Part shown: positions 15,267-23,688 of the stretch, piece after piece
Layout: each line of letters starts with the position of its first letter
Position numbering within the stretch: position 1 is the first letter of the stretch
Assembly: GCF_000020025.1 (NCBI RefSeq)
Contig: NC_010632.1
Coordinates: 30,001-62,000, forward strand
DNA from: Nostoc punctiforme PCC 73102
GTDB taxonomy: Bacteria > Cyanobacteriota > Cyanobacteriia > Cyanobacteriales > Nostocaceae
Direction of reading: 5' to 3'
DNA: 32,000 nucleotides
Made by a program: the position numbers and the translations under genes
The notes under the pieces: model-generated
Told to the model about the DNA's origin: nothing
Databases searched by the model: none
What the model saw: only the letters and a program-made list of their open reading frames with translations

Positions 15267-15500
15267 ATGTCTAATCCAAACGAAAATCAAAGCCCTAAAC
15301 AGGTAAGTGACTATATCGGAATTAATGAAAATGGGGAGTTAGTGGTTACAGATCCTAAATTAGCAGAGTCACTTCAAGAATTAAGTACTGAAGAACTTGA
15401 GCAGATTGCTGGTGGTGTCCTACCCACTAATGGTACTTGTACTAATAATGGATGTGGCAAAGCTGTACTAGAATCAGATGAATCAGCTTCTCTTCCGTAA
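15267..15500 (+). CDS. RiPP precursor peptide 2: 50-aa double-glycine leader + 27-aa core VLPTNGTCTNNGCGKAVLESDESASLP
   Basis: It has the same RBS (TAGGAGAAATC then ATG at 15267). The leader is identical to precursor 1 at 42 of 50 positions. The ORF-track TTG start at 15246 was rejected. Confidence 0.8.
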   Translation: MSNPNENQSPKQVSDYIGINENGELVVTDPKLAESLQELSTEELEQIAGGVLPTNGTCTNNGCGKAVLESDESASLP

Positions 15501-15577
15501 AAATTGCTAAACTAATACCAATTTTTCGCCAAATTCTAGTGTGTGTTAAGGACGATAAAGATTTAGTATTTCAGACT

Positions 15578-15640
15578 ATGATTAGCTCCACAGAATTAAG
15601 CGTTGATGAAGAAAAGTTGGTAGAGTTGTCTGTTAGATGA
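15578..15640 (+). other. 20-codon ORF resembling a decayed third leader (MISSTELSVDEEKLVELSVR)
   Basis: CACAGAATTAAGCGTTGATGAAGAAAAGTTG... resembles the CAAGAATTAAGTACTGAAGAACTTGAG... segment of precursor 2. Its TGA (15638-15640) is part of the terminator stem. Confidence 0.3.
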
Positions 15641-15690
15641 TCGCTACACTTGGTTAAATATCAAGTAAGATTGTGGCGATCACTTTTTTT
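15638..15690 (+). terminator. Rho-independent terminator/attenuator between the precursor genes and the radical SAM gene
   Basis: An 11-bp stem pairs TGATCGCTACA (15638-15648) with TGTGGCGATCA (15672-15682), including one G-U pair. The loop is 23 nt, followed by C plus T7 (15684-15690). Confidence 0.6.
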
Positions 15691-15755
15691 CAAATCATCT
15701 GGATTTTCTTCACGACAAATCAAGGAATATTTTTTGAAATTGAGAGTTTTTTATT

Positions 15756-16817
15756 ATGACTGTAACAATTTTGCACGAAGCTAATTCTATTGATACTGAT
15801 TATGTCAAGCGTGCGCGATTAATATCTGATAAGTTTCTTGAATTAATTATCTTACCAACAGAACAGTGCAATTTTCGCTGTACCTATTGTTATGAAGATT
15901 TTTCAATAGGGCGGATGCAGCCGGAGACGATAGCAGGGATTAAAGCTATCCTTGATAAACGATGCCCAAATTTAAGTTATTTAAATTTAGCCTGGTTTGG
16001 TGGAGAGCCACTTGTTGCCAAAAATATTGTATTAGATATTTCTGAATATGCTTTGTCTCTAGTATCCAAGTATCCCCATCTCCATTATTCAAGTAATATG
16101 ACCACAAATGGTTACTTATTGGATCTGAATACAGCTTCTGCCTTAGCCAATGTGGGAGTTACAAAATACCAAATTTCTCTTGATGGCCCTCGAGAAATCC
16201 ACAACCAAAGTCGTATTCGTGCTGATGGAAAAAGTACATTTGAACGAATTTGGACTAATTTACTAGCAATTCGTGATAGTTCATTACCAATTTATATAAA
16301 TCTGCGTCTGCACTTCACCATAGATACAGTAAAGCTTATCGACCCACTACTAGAGGATATCAAAAGAGAATTTTTGCCTGATTCAAGGTTTTCTGTTTAC
16401 TTCAAATCTATTGAACGTCTTGGTGGTACTAATGATGCTTCAATCAAAATTTATTCAGAGAGTGAAAAAAATACAGCTATCAAAACTCTTGAAGCAAAGT
16501 TATTTGGTGAGAAATTGCAATCACCACAGAATGCTACCTTGCCAGACGACTATGTTTGTTATGCATCACGTCCCAACTCTTTAGTAATTCGTGCCAACGG
16601 TTCTGTTGGTAAATGTACAGTAGCCCTTTCTGATGAACGCAACAATATTGGCACTTTACGGACAGATGGTCGGCTTGATCTCATACCAGGTCGTTTTGCT
16701 CCTTGGGTTCGTGGAATTCAAACCCTCGATCCTGATGTATTAGGTTGTCCTCTCGTTTCTTTGCCAACAAGTGATGAAATAGCGACTAATTTACAAACAA
16801 AAGCACTTGCTGTATAG
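15756..16817 (+). CDS. Radical SAM peptide-modifying enzyme with a short SPASM/twitch-like C-terminal domain
   Basis: CNFRCTYC (CxxxCxxC) at residues ~38-45, GGEPL, and the C-terminal Cys-containing segment VCYASRPNSLVIRANGSVGKCTVAL...LGCPL. There is no room for an N-terminal RRE domain. Confidence 0.9.
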   Translation: MTVTILHEANSIDTDYVKRARLISDKFLELIILPTEQCNFRCTYCYEDFSIGRMQPETIAGIKAILDKRCPNLSYLNLAWFGGEPLVAKNIVLDISEYALSLVSKYPHLHYSSNMTTNGYLLDLNTASALANVGVTKYQISLDGPREIHNQSRIRADGKSTFERIWTNLLAIRDSSLPIYINLRLHFTIDTVKLIDPLLEDIKREFLPDSRFSVYFKSIERLGGTNDASIKIYSESEKNTAIKTLEAKLFGEKLQSPQNATLPDDYVCYASRPNSLVIRANGSVGKCTVALSDERNNIGTLRTDGRLDLIPGRFAPWVRGIQTLDPDVLGCPLVSLPTSDEIATNLQTKALAV

Positions 16818-16956
16818 CGAAAAATAGCATTTATAGTCAGAATTTATGCAACTGGCATATCTATCTTCTGTTAAAGAATCAATAGTCAAGGTTTTGTGGA
16901 ATCTTGACTTTTGACAATCTTAACTGAGGCGGCATAAATATATTGTTAAACAGAAA

Positions 16957-18402
16957 ATGTTAAACCAGAAGCGCAGTATATTTCGTAAAGAATCTCTGGA
17001 ACGTCTATCTTCTCCTGAACGATTAGACCAACTCATGCAGGTAGTTAGCCCCAGAAGCTGGCTACCTCTTGTCGCCTTGGGTTCTATTGTCGGAGTAGCT
17101 GTTATCTGGAGCATTTATGGACGCATCCCCATCACCGTTGAGGGTAAAGGAGTACTGATTTACCCCAGCAATGTTGTGCCTCTGCAATCAAAAAGCGCTG
17201 GACAGTTAATGGCTCTCAATATCAAAGTTGGGGATGTCATCAAAAAAGGGCAAGTACTCGCAACAATTGACCAAGCGGAACTCCGTAAGCAATTGCAACA
17301 GCAACAAGCGAAACTCACGCAACTAGAGTCACAAGACGAAGCCGTTGGTTCACTGCAAGGGCAAAGACTACAACAAGAAAAGCGATCGCAATCCCAACAA
17401 AGTCACTACCTCCAACAACGTATACTAGAACTGCGAACCATCACACCTCTGCTCAAAACCAAAGGCAACACCTCAATTGGCCAGCAACGTCAAGGTTTAC
17501 AGCAACGTCTTTTGCAAGCCCAAGCCTTGAACCCCATTTTCCTCCAAAGAATGGAAATTCGCAGACAATTCAAAAAAGAAGGCGCGATTTCTGGTGATGA
17601 AGCACTCACGGCTGAACAAGAATATTTGCAAAACCTGGAAAAAATCTCTGACATTCAAAATCAGTTGAAAGAACTGGATGTAAAAACGACTCAAACAGAA
17701 AAAGATTATCGTGAAAACTTGAGTACGATTTCTGATCTGCAAGCTCAGTTGAAAGAATTAGATAGCAAACAGGCTTCTGTGGCTCAACAAGACTTAGAAA
17801 GCGTTACTACCCGAAAAAAAGAGATTCAAGAAGTTAAGCGCGAAATTGCCCAATTAGAAGTGCAATTAGGTGACAACAGTCAAATCATTAGTCAATATAG
17901 TGGACGCATTTTAGAAATCACGCAGACACCAGGGCAGGTTGTTGAAGCTGGTACACGCTTGGCAACTATCGAGGCGGAGAACCCCAAAAGTAAGTTAATT
18001 GGTGTTACCTATTTCCCTGTAGCAGAAGGTAAGAAAATTAAAGCAGGGATGACAATCCAAATTACCCCCCAAACTGTCAAGCGGGAGCGATTTGGCGGTA
18101 TTGTTGCCAATGTTACTAGTATCTCGCGCTTTCCGATTACAAAAGAAGCAGCTGCATCGGAGGTAGGTAATGCAGAGGTGGTGGAAGGTCTAGTATCTCA
18201 ACAAAAAGATGGTTTGATACAAGTATTTTCTGACTTAGAGATAAATTCCAGCACCCCAAGCGGCTATAAATGGTCTTCTTCTACAGGGCCAAGGCTGACT
18301 GTTTCTTCTGGAACTACCACTGTTGCACGAGTCAAGGTAGAAGAACGCGCTCCCATCACTTTTGTTTTACCTATCTTGAGGTCTGTTAGTGGTATCTACT
18401 AA
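16957..18402 (+). CDS. HlyD-family membrane fusion protein of an NHLM-type bacteriocin exporter
   Basis: N-terminus FRKESLERLSSPERLDQLMQVVSP plus one TM, a long Q-rich coiled coil, and a C-terminal beta-rich domain. Confidence 0.85.
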   Translation: MLNQKRSIFRKESLERLSSPERLDQLMQVVSPRSWLPLVALGSIVGVAVIWSIYGRIPITVEGKGVLIYPSNVVPLQSKSAGQLMALNIKVGDVIKKGQVLATIDQAELRKQLQQQQAKLTQLESQDEAVGSLQGQRLQQEKRSQSQQSHYLQQRILELRTITPLLKTKGNTSIGQQRQGLQQRLLQAQALNPIFLQRMEIRRQFKKEGAISGDEALTAEQEYLQNLEKISDIQNQLKELDVKTTQTEKDYRENLSTISDLQAQLKELDSKQASVAQQDLESVTTRKKEIQEVKREIAQLEVQLGDNSQIISQYSGRILEITQTPGQVVEAGTRLATIEAENPKSKLIGVTYFPVAEGKKIKAGMTIQITPQTVKRERFGGIVANVTSISRFPITKEAAASEVGNAEVVEGLVSQQKDGLIQVFSDLEINSSTPSGYKWSSSTGPRLTVSSGTTTVARVKVEERAPITFVLPILRSVSGIY

Positions 18403-20632
18403 ATCTACTTTAGTAACACTGTTTAATCCTTGGCAGTATTTACAAAAATTACTGCCGAGCAGAAGCATACGGGTAAAAACGCCCACTCTTCTACAAATGG
18501 AAGCAGTGGAATGTGGGGCTGCTGCTTTGGGAATTATTCTCGGTTACTATGGCCGAACTGTACCTTTACCACAACTGCGTCAGGAATGCGGAGTTTCCCG
18601 CGATGGCAGCAAAGCATCTAACATGGTGAAGGTTGCGAGAAGCTATGGACTCGAAGCTAAAGGCTTTAAAAAAGAACTCAAGCAATTGTGGGAACTGCGA
18701 CCACCTTACATTATCTTTTGGAACTTCAACCACTTTGTTGTCGTAGAGGGGTGGAATAAACAGCGAGTTTATCTCAATGACCCCGGTACAGGCCCGCGCC
18801 ATGTATCTTTACAGGAATTCGACGAGGGGTATACCGGAGTGGTGCTGGTAATGGAACCAGGCGCGGAGTTTGTCAAAGGTGGTCGTAAACCCAGCATGAT
18901 TTTATCGCTGGCGAAAAGGTTACAAGGTGCTGGGGATGCCTTAATTTACTGCATAGTCGCGGGATTTTTCTTAACTGTAGTTGGGCTGGTAATACCAGTG
19001 TTTAGCCAAGTGTTTGTAGATGACATCTTGGTGGAGGGACGGCAATTATGGTTGCGTCCTTTGCTTGTGGGTATGGCGATCGCTGCTATACTCCAAGGAT
19101 CGCTAACTTTACTACGGTTACGCTACCTGCGCCGCTTGAAAATCAAATTAGCTGTGGGTATGTCCAGCCGTTTCCTGTGGCATATCCTCCGCTTACCTGT
19201 GAGCTTTTACGCTCAACGATTTAGCGGAGAAATCAGTAATCGTACTACTCTCAATGACCAAGTAGCTGATGTTCTGGCGGGACGATTAGCAACTACAATC
19301 ATCGATACATTTATGGTGTTTTTTTACGCCCTAGTCATGGTGCAATATGACTGGGTGCTGACCTTAATTGTAGTTAGCTTTGCTGCCGTGAATGTCTTAA
19401 CTTTGCAACTAATTTCTCGTCAACGTGTAGACGCGAATCAACGATTGATTCAAGAATATGGTAAAGCTGCTGGTGTATCTATTGCCGCGCTTCAAAGTAT
19501 AGAAACACTCAAAGCATCAGGGTTAGAGTCAGATTTCTTTTCCCGGTGGTCAGGTTATTACACTAAGGCTCTTAATTCCCAGCAGGAACTGGGGGTGACA
19601 AACCAGACATTCTCAGTATTACCCACGCTTTTATCCGCCCTTTCTTCAATGTTGTTGTTGGTTGTCGGTGGATTACGGGTTATGGATGGACATCTTAGCA
19701 TCGGAATGCTTATAGCCTTTCAAGGTTTGATGCTTAACTTTCAGCAGCCTGTTAACAATCTGGTCAACTTTGGTACAACTCTTCAAGAACTGGAAGGTAA
19801 TTTAATTCGCCTTGATGATGTGCTGGATAATCCCATTGGGGAGGGAGCAGGTGGAGATGGGGGAGTAACATCCTCCTCATCCCCCTCATCTGCTTATCTT
19901 GTTCCCAAATTGCAGGGATATGTTGAGTTGCAGAATATTACGTTTGGCTATAGCCGCCTGGAACCGCCACTGATTGAAAACTTTAACCTCTCAATTAAGC
20001 CGGGACAGCGAGTAGCTTTGGTAGGTGGAAGCGGTTCTGGGAAATCTACCGTTGCCAAACTTGTAAGCGGACTTTATCAACCTTGGGCGGGAGAAGTTTA
20101 CTTTGATGGTAAACCTAGAGAGCAAATTCCCCAACAACTGCTTACAAATTCTGTTGCAATGGTGGAGCAGGAAATTTTGTTGTTTGGCGGTACGGTTAGA
20201 GATAATTTGACTCTGTGGGATACTACTGTACCAGATAAAAGCCTGATGCGGGCATGTGTTGATGCAGCGATCGCTGATGTAATCCTCTCTATGTCCGGTG
20301 GGTTTGATGCCGAACTTATAGAAGGTGCTGCAAATTTAAGTGGCGGTCAGCGACAACGCTTAGAAATCGCTCGTGCTTTAGTGAATAATCCTTCAATCCT
20401 GATCATGGATGAAGCCACCAGTGCCCTATATGCAGAGACAGAACAAATCATTGACCGGAATCTGCGCCGCCGAGGATGCACCTGTATAATTGTCGCTCAT
20501 CGATTAAGCACCATCCGCGACTGCGATCAAATCATTGTCCTCGAACGTGGAAAGGTAGTACAACTTGGCACTCACAAAGAATTGTGGCAAGTCGATGGTG
20601 CATATTCGCGCTTGCTAGGCACCCAAGGGTAG
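18389..20632 (+). CDS. ABC exporter with N-terminal C39 peptidase domain (peptidase/permease/ATPase)
   Basis: The C39 Cys is in LLQMEAVECGAAALGIILGYYG and the His in FNHFVVVEGW. The TMD is followed by an NBD with GGSGSGKST, LSGGQRQR, ILIMDEATS and AHRLST. The GTG start overlaps the HlyD stop by 14 nt. The first in-frame ATG lies inside the C39 domain and so cannot be the start. Confidence 0.9.
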   Translation: MVSTKSTLVTLFNPWQYLQKLLPSRSIRVKTPTLLQMEAVECGAAALGIILGYYGRTVPLPQLRQECGVSRDGSKASNMVKVARSYGLEAKGFKKELKQLWELRPPYIIFWNFNHFVVVEGWNKQRVYLNDPGTGPRHVSLQEFDEGYTGVVLVMEPGAEFVKGGRKPSMILSLAKRLQGAGDALIYCIVAGFFLTVVGLVIPVFSQVFVDDILVEGRQLWLRPLLVGMAIAAILQGSLTLLRLRYLRRLKIKLAVGMSSRFLWHILRLPVSFYAQRFSGEISNRTTLNDQVADVLAGRLATTIIDTFMVFFYALVMVQYDWVLTLIVVSFAAVNVLTLQLISRQRVDANQRLIQEYGKAAGVSIAALQSIETLKASGLESDFFSRWSGYYTKALNSQQELGVTNQTFSVLPTLLSALSSMLLLVVGGLRVMDGHLSIGMLIAFQGLMLNFQQPVNNLVNFGTTLQELEGNLIRLDDVLDNPIGEGAGGDGGVTSSSSPSSAYLVPKLQGYVELQNITFGYSRLEPPLIENFNLSIKPGQRVALVGGSGSGKSTVAKLVSGLYQPWAGEVYFDGKPREQIPQQLLTNSVAMVEQEILLFGGTVRDNLTLWDTTVPDKSLMRACVDAAIADVILSMSGGFDAELIEGAANLSGGQRQRLEIARALVNNPSILIMDEATSALYAETEQIIDRNLRRRGCTCIIVAHRLSTIRDCDQIIVLERGKVVQLGTHKELWQVDGAYSRLLGTQG

Positions 20633-20689
20633 AGACGGTGAGCAGTAAATTACCATAAAACATTTAAAAATCTAAACCTAAAATCTAAA

Positions 20690-23581
20690 ATGCTAATACA
20701 GGGGCAAGTTTATATAGTTAATGGCAATGAACCGATTCTACTGGATGACCCTTCACGGGTGTGGATAATTCAGTCTGGCTCTATGGCTTTGTTTGCCATT
20801 ATAGTTAAAGATGGCTCTATTGAAGGGACACGCCGTTATCTGTGCAGTATTAGCCAAGGTGAAGCACTTTTCGGGACTGCTGATAAATTTGCTAATCAGT
20901 ATCGTCAGATTTTGGCAGTTCCAATTGGTGAGACTGAATTACTGCAAATACATAAGGAATGTTACTGCGAGTTAATAGCCAGTGAGGATGCTAAGGCGAT
21001 CGCCTGGATAGAAAATTGGTTATTACAAATTGGTGGTGTATTGTCCCAGATTACCATACCAGCAATTCATGTAAAAGCTGAGGGACAATCACGATTTTCC
21101 TTAAACAATGGTCAGACTTTTCAGCCAGAAGCAGGTGTCACCTGTTGGGTTCAACTTACTCAAGGCACTGTCCGCTTTCTGGGATTCGAGGAATTAATTT
21201 TAACCGCATCCACTACACCATTCCCTTTGACTGACAAAATGTGGCTAGAAGCAGTGGAAGGGGTGCAACTTACTACTAAGACTACTAGCGAATTCCAAAA
21301 TTCAGATATCCTTCTAGCTGGGTTATCTCAACTGCATACTCAATTGCTACAATGCCTTAACCTGTTAGATGAACGAGAACTACAGGCAGAGATGATACGG
21401 TTGCGCGATCGCCAACGCCTGAATCGTCAAGTTACAGCGCAAGCTATAGGCTCTTTAGCATCAACATTAAGTTCCCAAGATGGAGACTTTTTCAATGAAG
21501 GTACTCCTTTGTTGGTTGCTGCTGGAGCCGTAGGGAGAGCTATGGGTGTAGAGGTTCGCCCCCCGTCTCGTTCTGAAAACCTCAAGCGAGTTAAGGAGCC
21601 ATTAGAAGCAATTGTCCGGGCTTCACGTATCCGAATGCGGCGGGTACTATTGCGAGATAATTGGTGGGAGAAAGATTCTGGCCCCCTAGTTGCCTATACT
21701 CAGCAAGATAATCGACCAGTAGCACTGCTACCAATTAGTGCAACTCGTTATGAAATTTTTGACCCAGTTGAGCATACCCGTTTTCGAGTGGATGAGCATA
21801 TAGCTGCAACACTGGCTCCTGTTGCCTATATGTTTTATCGCTCTCTACCTGATAAAGTACTGCAAGCTGTTGATATATTGCGGTTCACACTTAAAGGACG
21901 TAGCCCAGAACTGCTAGTAATTTTGTTTACAGGTATCGCCGTCACATTACTAGGGATGCTTACACCTTATGCCACATCAATTATCATAGATAACGCAATT
22001 CCTGATAGCGACAAGGGATTATTGCTACAAATAGGATTGGGACTACTTGTTGCAGCTTTGGGAACAGGTGTATTTCAGCTAACTCAGGGATTTGCTCTGC
22101 TGCGAATTGAAACGGCTGGGGATGCTTCCACTCAGGCTGGTGTCTGGGATCGGCTGCTCTGTTTACCAGTATCCTTTTTCCGACAGTACACAACCGGAGA
22201 CATCTTCTCCCGCGTCTCATCTGTGAGTACGATCAGCCGACGAATCAGTGGGAGAACCCTAATTAATCTCCTTACCAGCCTGTTCGCACTGTTTTACTTA
22301 GGACAGTTATTTTATTACAACTATAAATTAGCTCTAATTGCAGTTGCATTTGCCATCGTTGCGATCGCAGTGACTACAGTCTCTGGTTTGCTATTGCTAT
22401 CTAAGGTACGTCCACTTTTGGAACTGCGAGGCAGTATTTTTGGGCAGACGGTGCAACTAATTAATGGCATTTCCAAATTGCATATTGCTGGGGCAGAAGA
22501 ACGTGCATTTGCAGCTTGGAGTAAAAACTATACTCGACAAATTAAGCTAGAGCTTAGTACACAAAGGGTTGAAGATGCTGTTGCGCTTTTTAATACAGTA
22601 ATGCCCATATTAACGAATGGTGTGCTTTTCTGGTTTACTATTAAGCTGCTAGAAAGCCCTCAAACTTCAGGAGTTATTGAAATATCTCTTGGAACTTTCC
22701 TCGCTTTCAATACAGCTTTTAGTAACTTTACTAAGGGAACCACAGATTTGAGCAATACAGTTACTGAAATTCTGCAAGTTCTTCCCCAATGGCAACGCAC
22801 CCAGCCTATTCTTTCGACTATACCAGAAGTGGATCTGTGCAAAGCTGATCCAGGCAAGCTGATTGGTAATATTTCTTTAGAACATATTACTTTCCGCTAC
22901 CGTAGTGATGGCCCTCTGACGCTGGATGATGTGAGTATTTCTGCTGCTCCAGGAGAGTTTATTGCCTTAATAGGTGGTTCTGGCAGTGGTAAATCGACGA
23001 TTCTACGATTGCTACTGGGATTTGAAACTCCAATTGCAGGTAGCATCTACTATGATGGTCAAGACTTATCTGGCTTAGATATAGATGCAGTCCGCCGGCA
23101 GTTGGGCGTTGTTTTACAAAATGGTCAGCTGAGTTCAGCTTCTATTTTCGAGAATATTGCAGGCGGCGCTCAGATTACTTTAGATGAAGCTTGGGAGGCG
23201 GCGCGGATGTCGGGATTCGCTGAGGATATCACCGCCATGCCAATGCAAATGCATACTGTCGTGAGTGAAGGAGGCGGTAATCTTTCTGGAGGACAACGAC
23301 AACGGTTGTTAATTGCTCGCGCTCTGGCATTAAAACCCCGGATCTTGCTATTTGATGAGGCTACCAGTGCGCTCGATAACAGAACCCAGGCGATTGTTAG
23401 TGAAAGTTTAGATAACTTACAAGTTACCAGAATTGCGATCGCTCACCGACTAAGCACTATCCGCAACGCTCACCGCATTTATGTACTCCAGGCAGGTCGA
23501 GTTGTACAACAAGGGACTTTTCAAGAGTTAGCTGCTGTTGAGGGGCTATTTGCCCAGTTAATGTCTAGGCAAATGGCGTAG
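20690..23581 (+). CDS. Second ABC exporter subunit with N-terminal cNMP-binding-like and Cys-less C39-like domains
   Basis: 963 aa. The N-terminal segment VWIIQSGSMALFAI...GEALFG is CNB-barrel-like. Residues ~270-400 resemble a C39-like domain, but no Cys is seen where the catalytic Cys would be expected (GTPLLVAAGAVGRAMG). The TMD is followed by an NBD with GGSGSGKST, LSGGQRQR, LLFDEATSALD and AHRLST. Confidence 0.9.
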   Translation: MLIQGQVYIVNGNEPILLDDPSRVWIIQSGSMALFAIIVKDGSIEGTRRYLCSISQGEALFGTADKFANQYRQILAVPIGETELLQIHKECYCELIASEDAKAIAWIENWLLQIGGVLSQITIPAIHVKAEGQSRFSLNNGQTFQPEAGVTCWVQLTQGTVRFLGFEELILTASTTPFPLTDKMWLEAVEGVQLTTKTTSEFQNSDILLAGLSQLHTQLLQCLNLLDERELQAEMIRLRDRQRLNRQVTAQAIGSLASTLSSQDGDFFNEGTPLLVAAGAVGRAMGVEVRPPSRSENLKRVKEPLEAIVRASRIRMRRVLLRDNWWEKDSGPLVAYTQQDNRPVALLPISATRYEIFDPVEHTRFRVDEHIAATLAPVAYMFYRSLPDKVLQAVDILRFTLKGRSPELLVILFTGIAVTLLGMLTPYATSIIIDNAIPDSDKGLLLQIGLGLLVAALGTGVFQLTQGFALLRIETAGDASTQAGVWDRLLCLPVSFFRQYTTGDIFSRVSSVSTISRRISGRTLINLLTSLFALFYLGQLFYYNYKLALIAVAFAIVAIAVTTVSGLLLLSKVRPLLELRGSIFGQTVQLINGISKLHIAGAEERAFAAWSKNYTRQIKLELSTQRVEDAVALFNTVMPILTNGVLFWFTIKLLESPQTSGVIEISLGTFLAFNTAFSNFTKGTTDLSNTVTEILQVLPQWQRTQPILSTIPEVDLCKADPGKLIGNISLEHITFRYRSDGPLTLDDVSISAAPGEFIALIGGSGSGKSTILRLLLGFETPIAGSIYYDGQDLSGLDIDAVRRQLGVVLQNGQLSSASIFENIAGGAQITLDEAWEAARMSGFAEDITAMPMQMHTVVSEGGGNLSGGQRQRLLIARALALKPRILLFDEATSALDNRTQAIVSESLDNLQVTRIAIAHRLSTIRNAHRIYVLQAGRVVQQGTFQELAAVEGLFAQLMSRQMA

Positions 23582-23640
23582 CTAACTGAGTTTTGTGGGA
23601 GAAAAGTTAGGCATGGAAAGTAGTTTTAATCCATCCCCTT

Positions 23641-23683
23641 AAAAAAAAAAGAGCATGGCTAGCTTTTTGCCAGTCACGCTCTT
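23641..23683 (-). terminator. Rho-independent terminator after the WGR gene (minus strand)
   Basis: On the minus strand the hairpin AAGAGC..TGGC / GCCA..GCTCTT (23649-23683) is followed by U10 (23641-23650). It begins 6 nt after the WGR stop. Confidence 0.6.
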
Positions 23684-23688
23684 GAACC

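Noticed and set aside
14866-15500. Lanthipeptide or Nif11/NHLP-type precursor assignment
   Set aside because: There is no LanM/LanB/LanC-like gene. Core 1 has no Ser or Thr. The leaders do not resemble the Nif11 or nitrile-hydratase leader patterns I know. Only the GG cleavage motif is shared.
16884-16912. Hairpin AGTCAAG/CTTGACT + TTT between the rSAM and HlyD genes as a terminator
   Set aside because: It has only a 7-bp stem and a 3-nt T run. That is too weak to call.
16920-22857. ORFs 16920-17114 (-), 17497-17742 (-), 18430-18621 (+), 18566-18802 (-), 20476-20658 (+), 21984-22220 (-) and 22660-22857 (-)
   Set aside because: All lie inside or antisense to the HlyD and ABC genes, which have unambiguous motifs. 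These are shadow ORFs.
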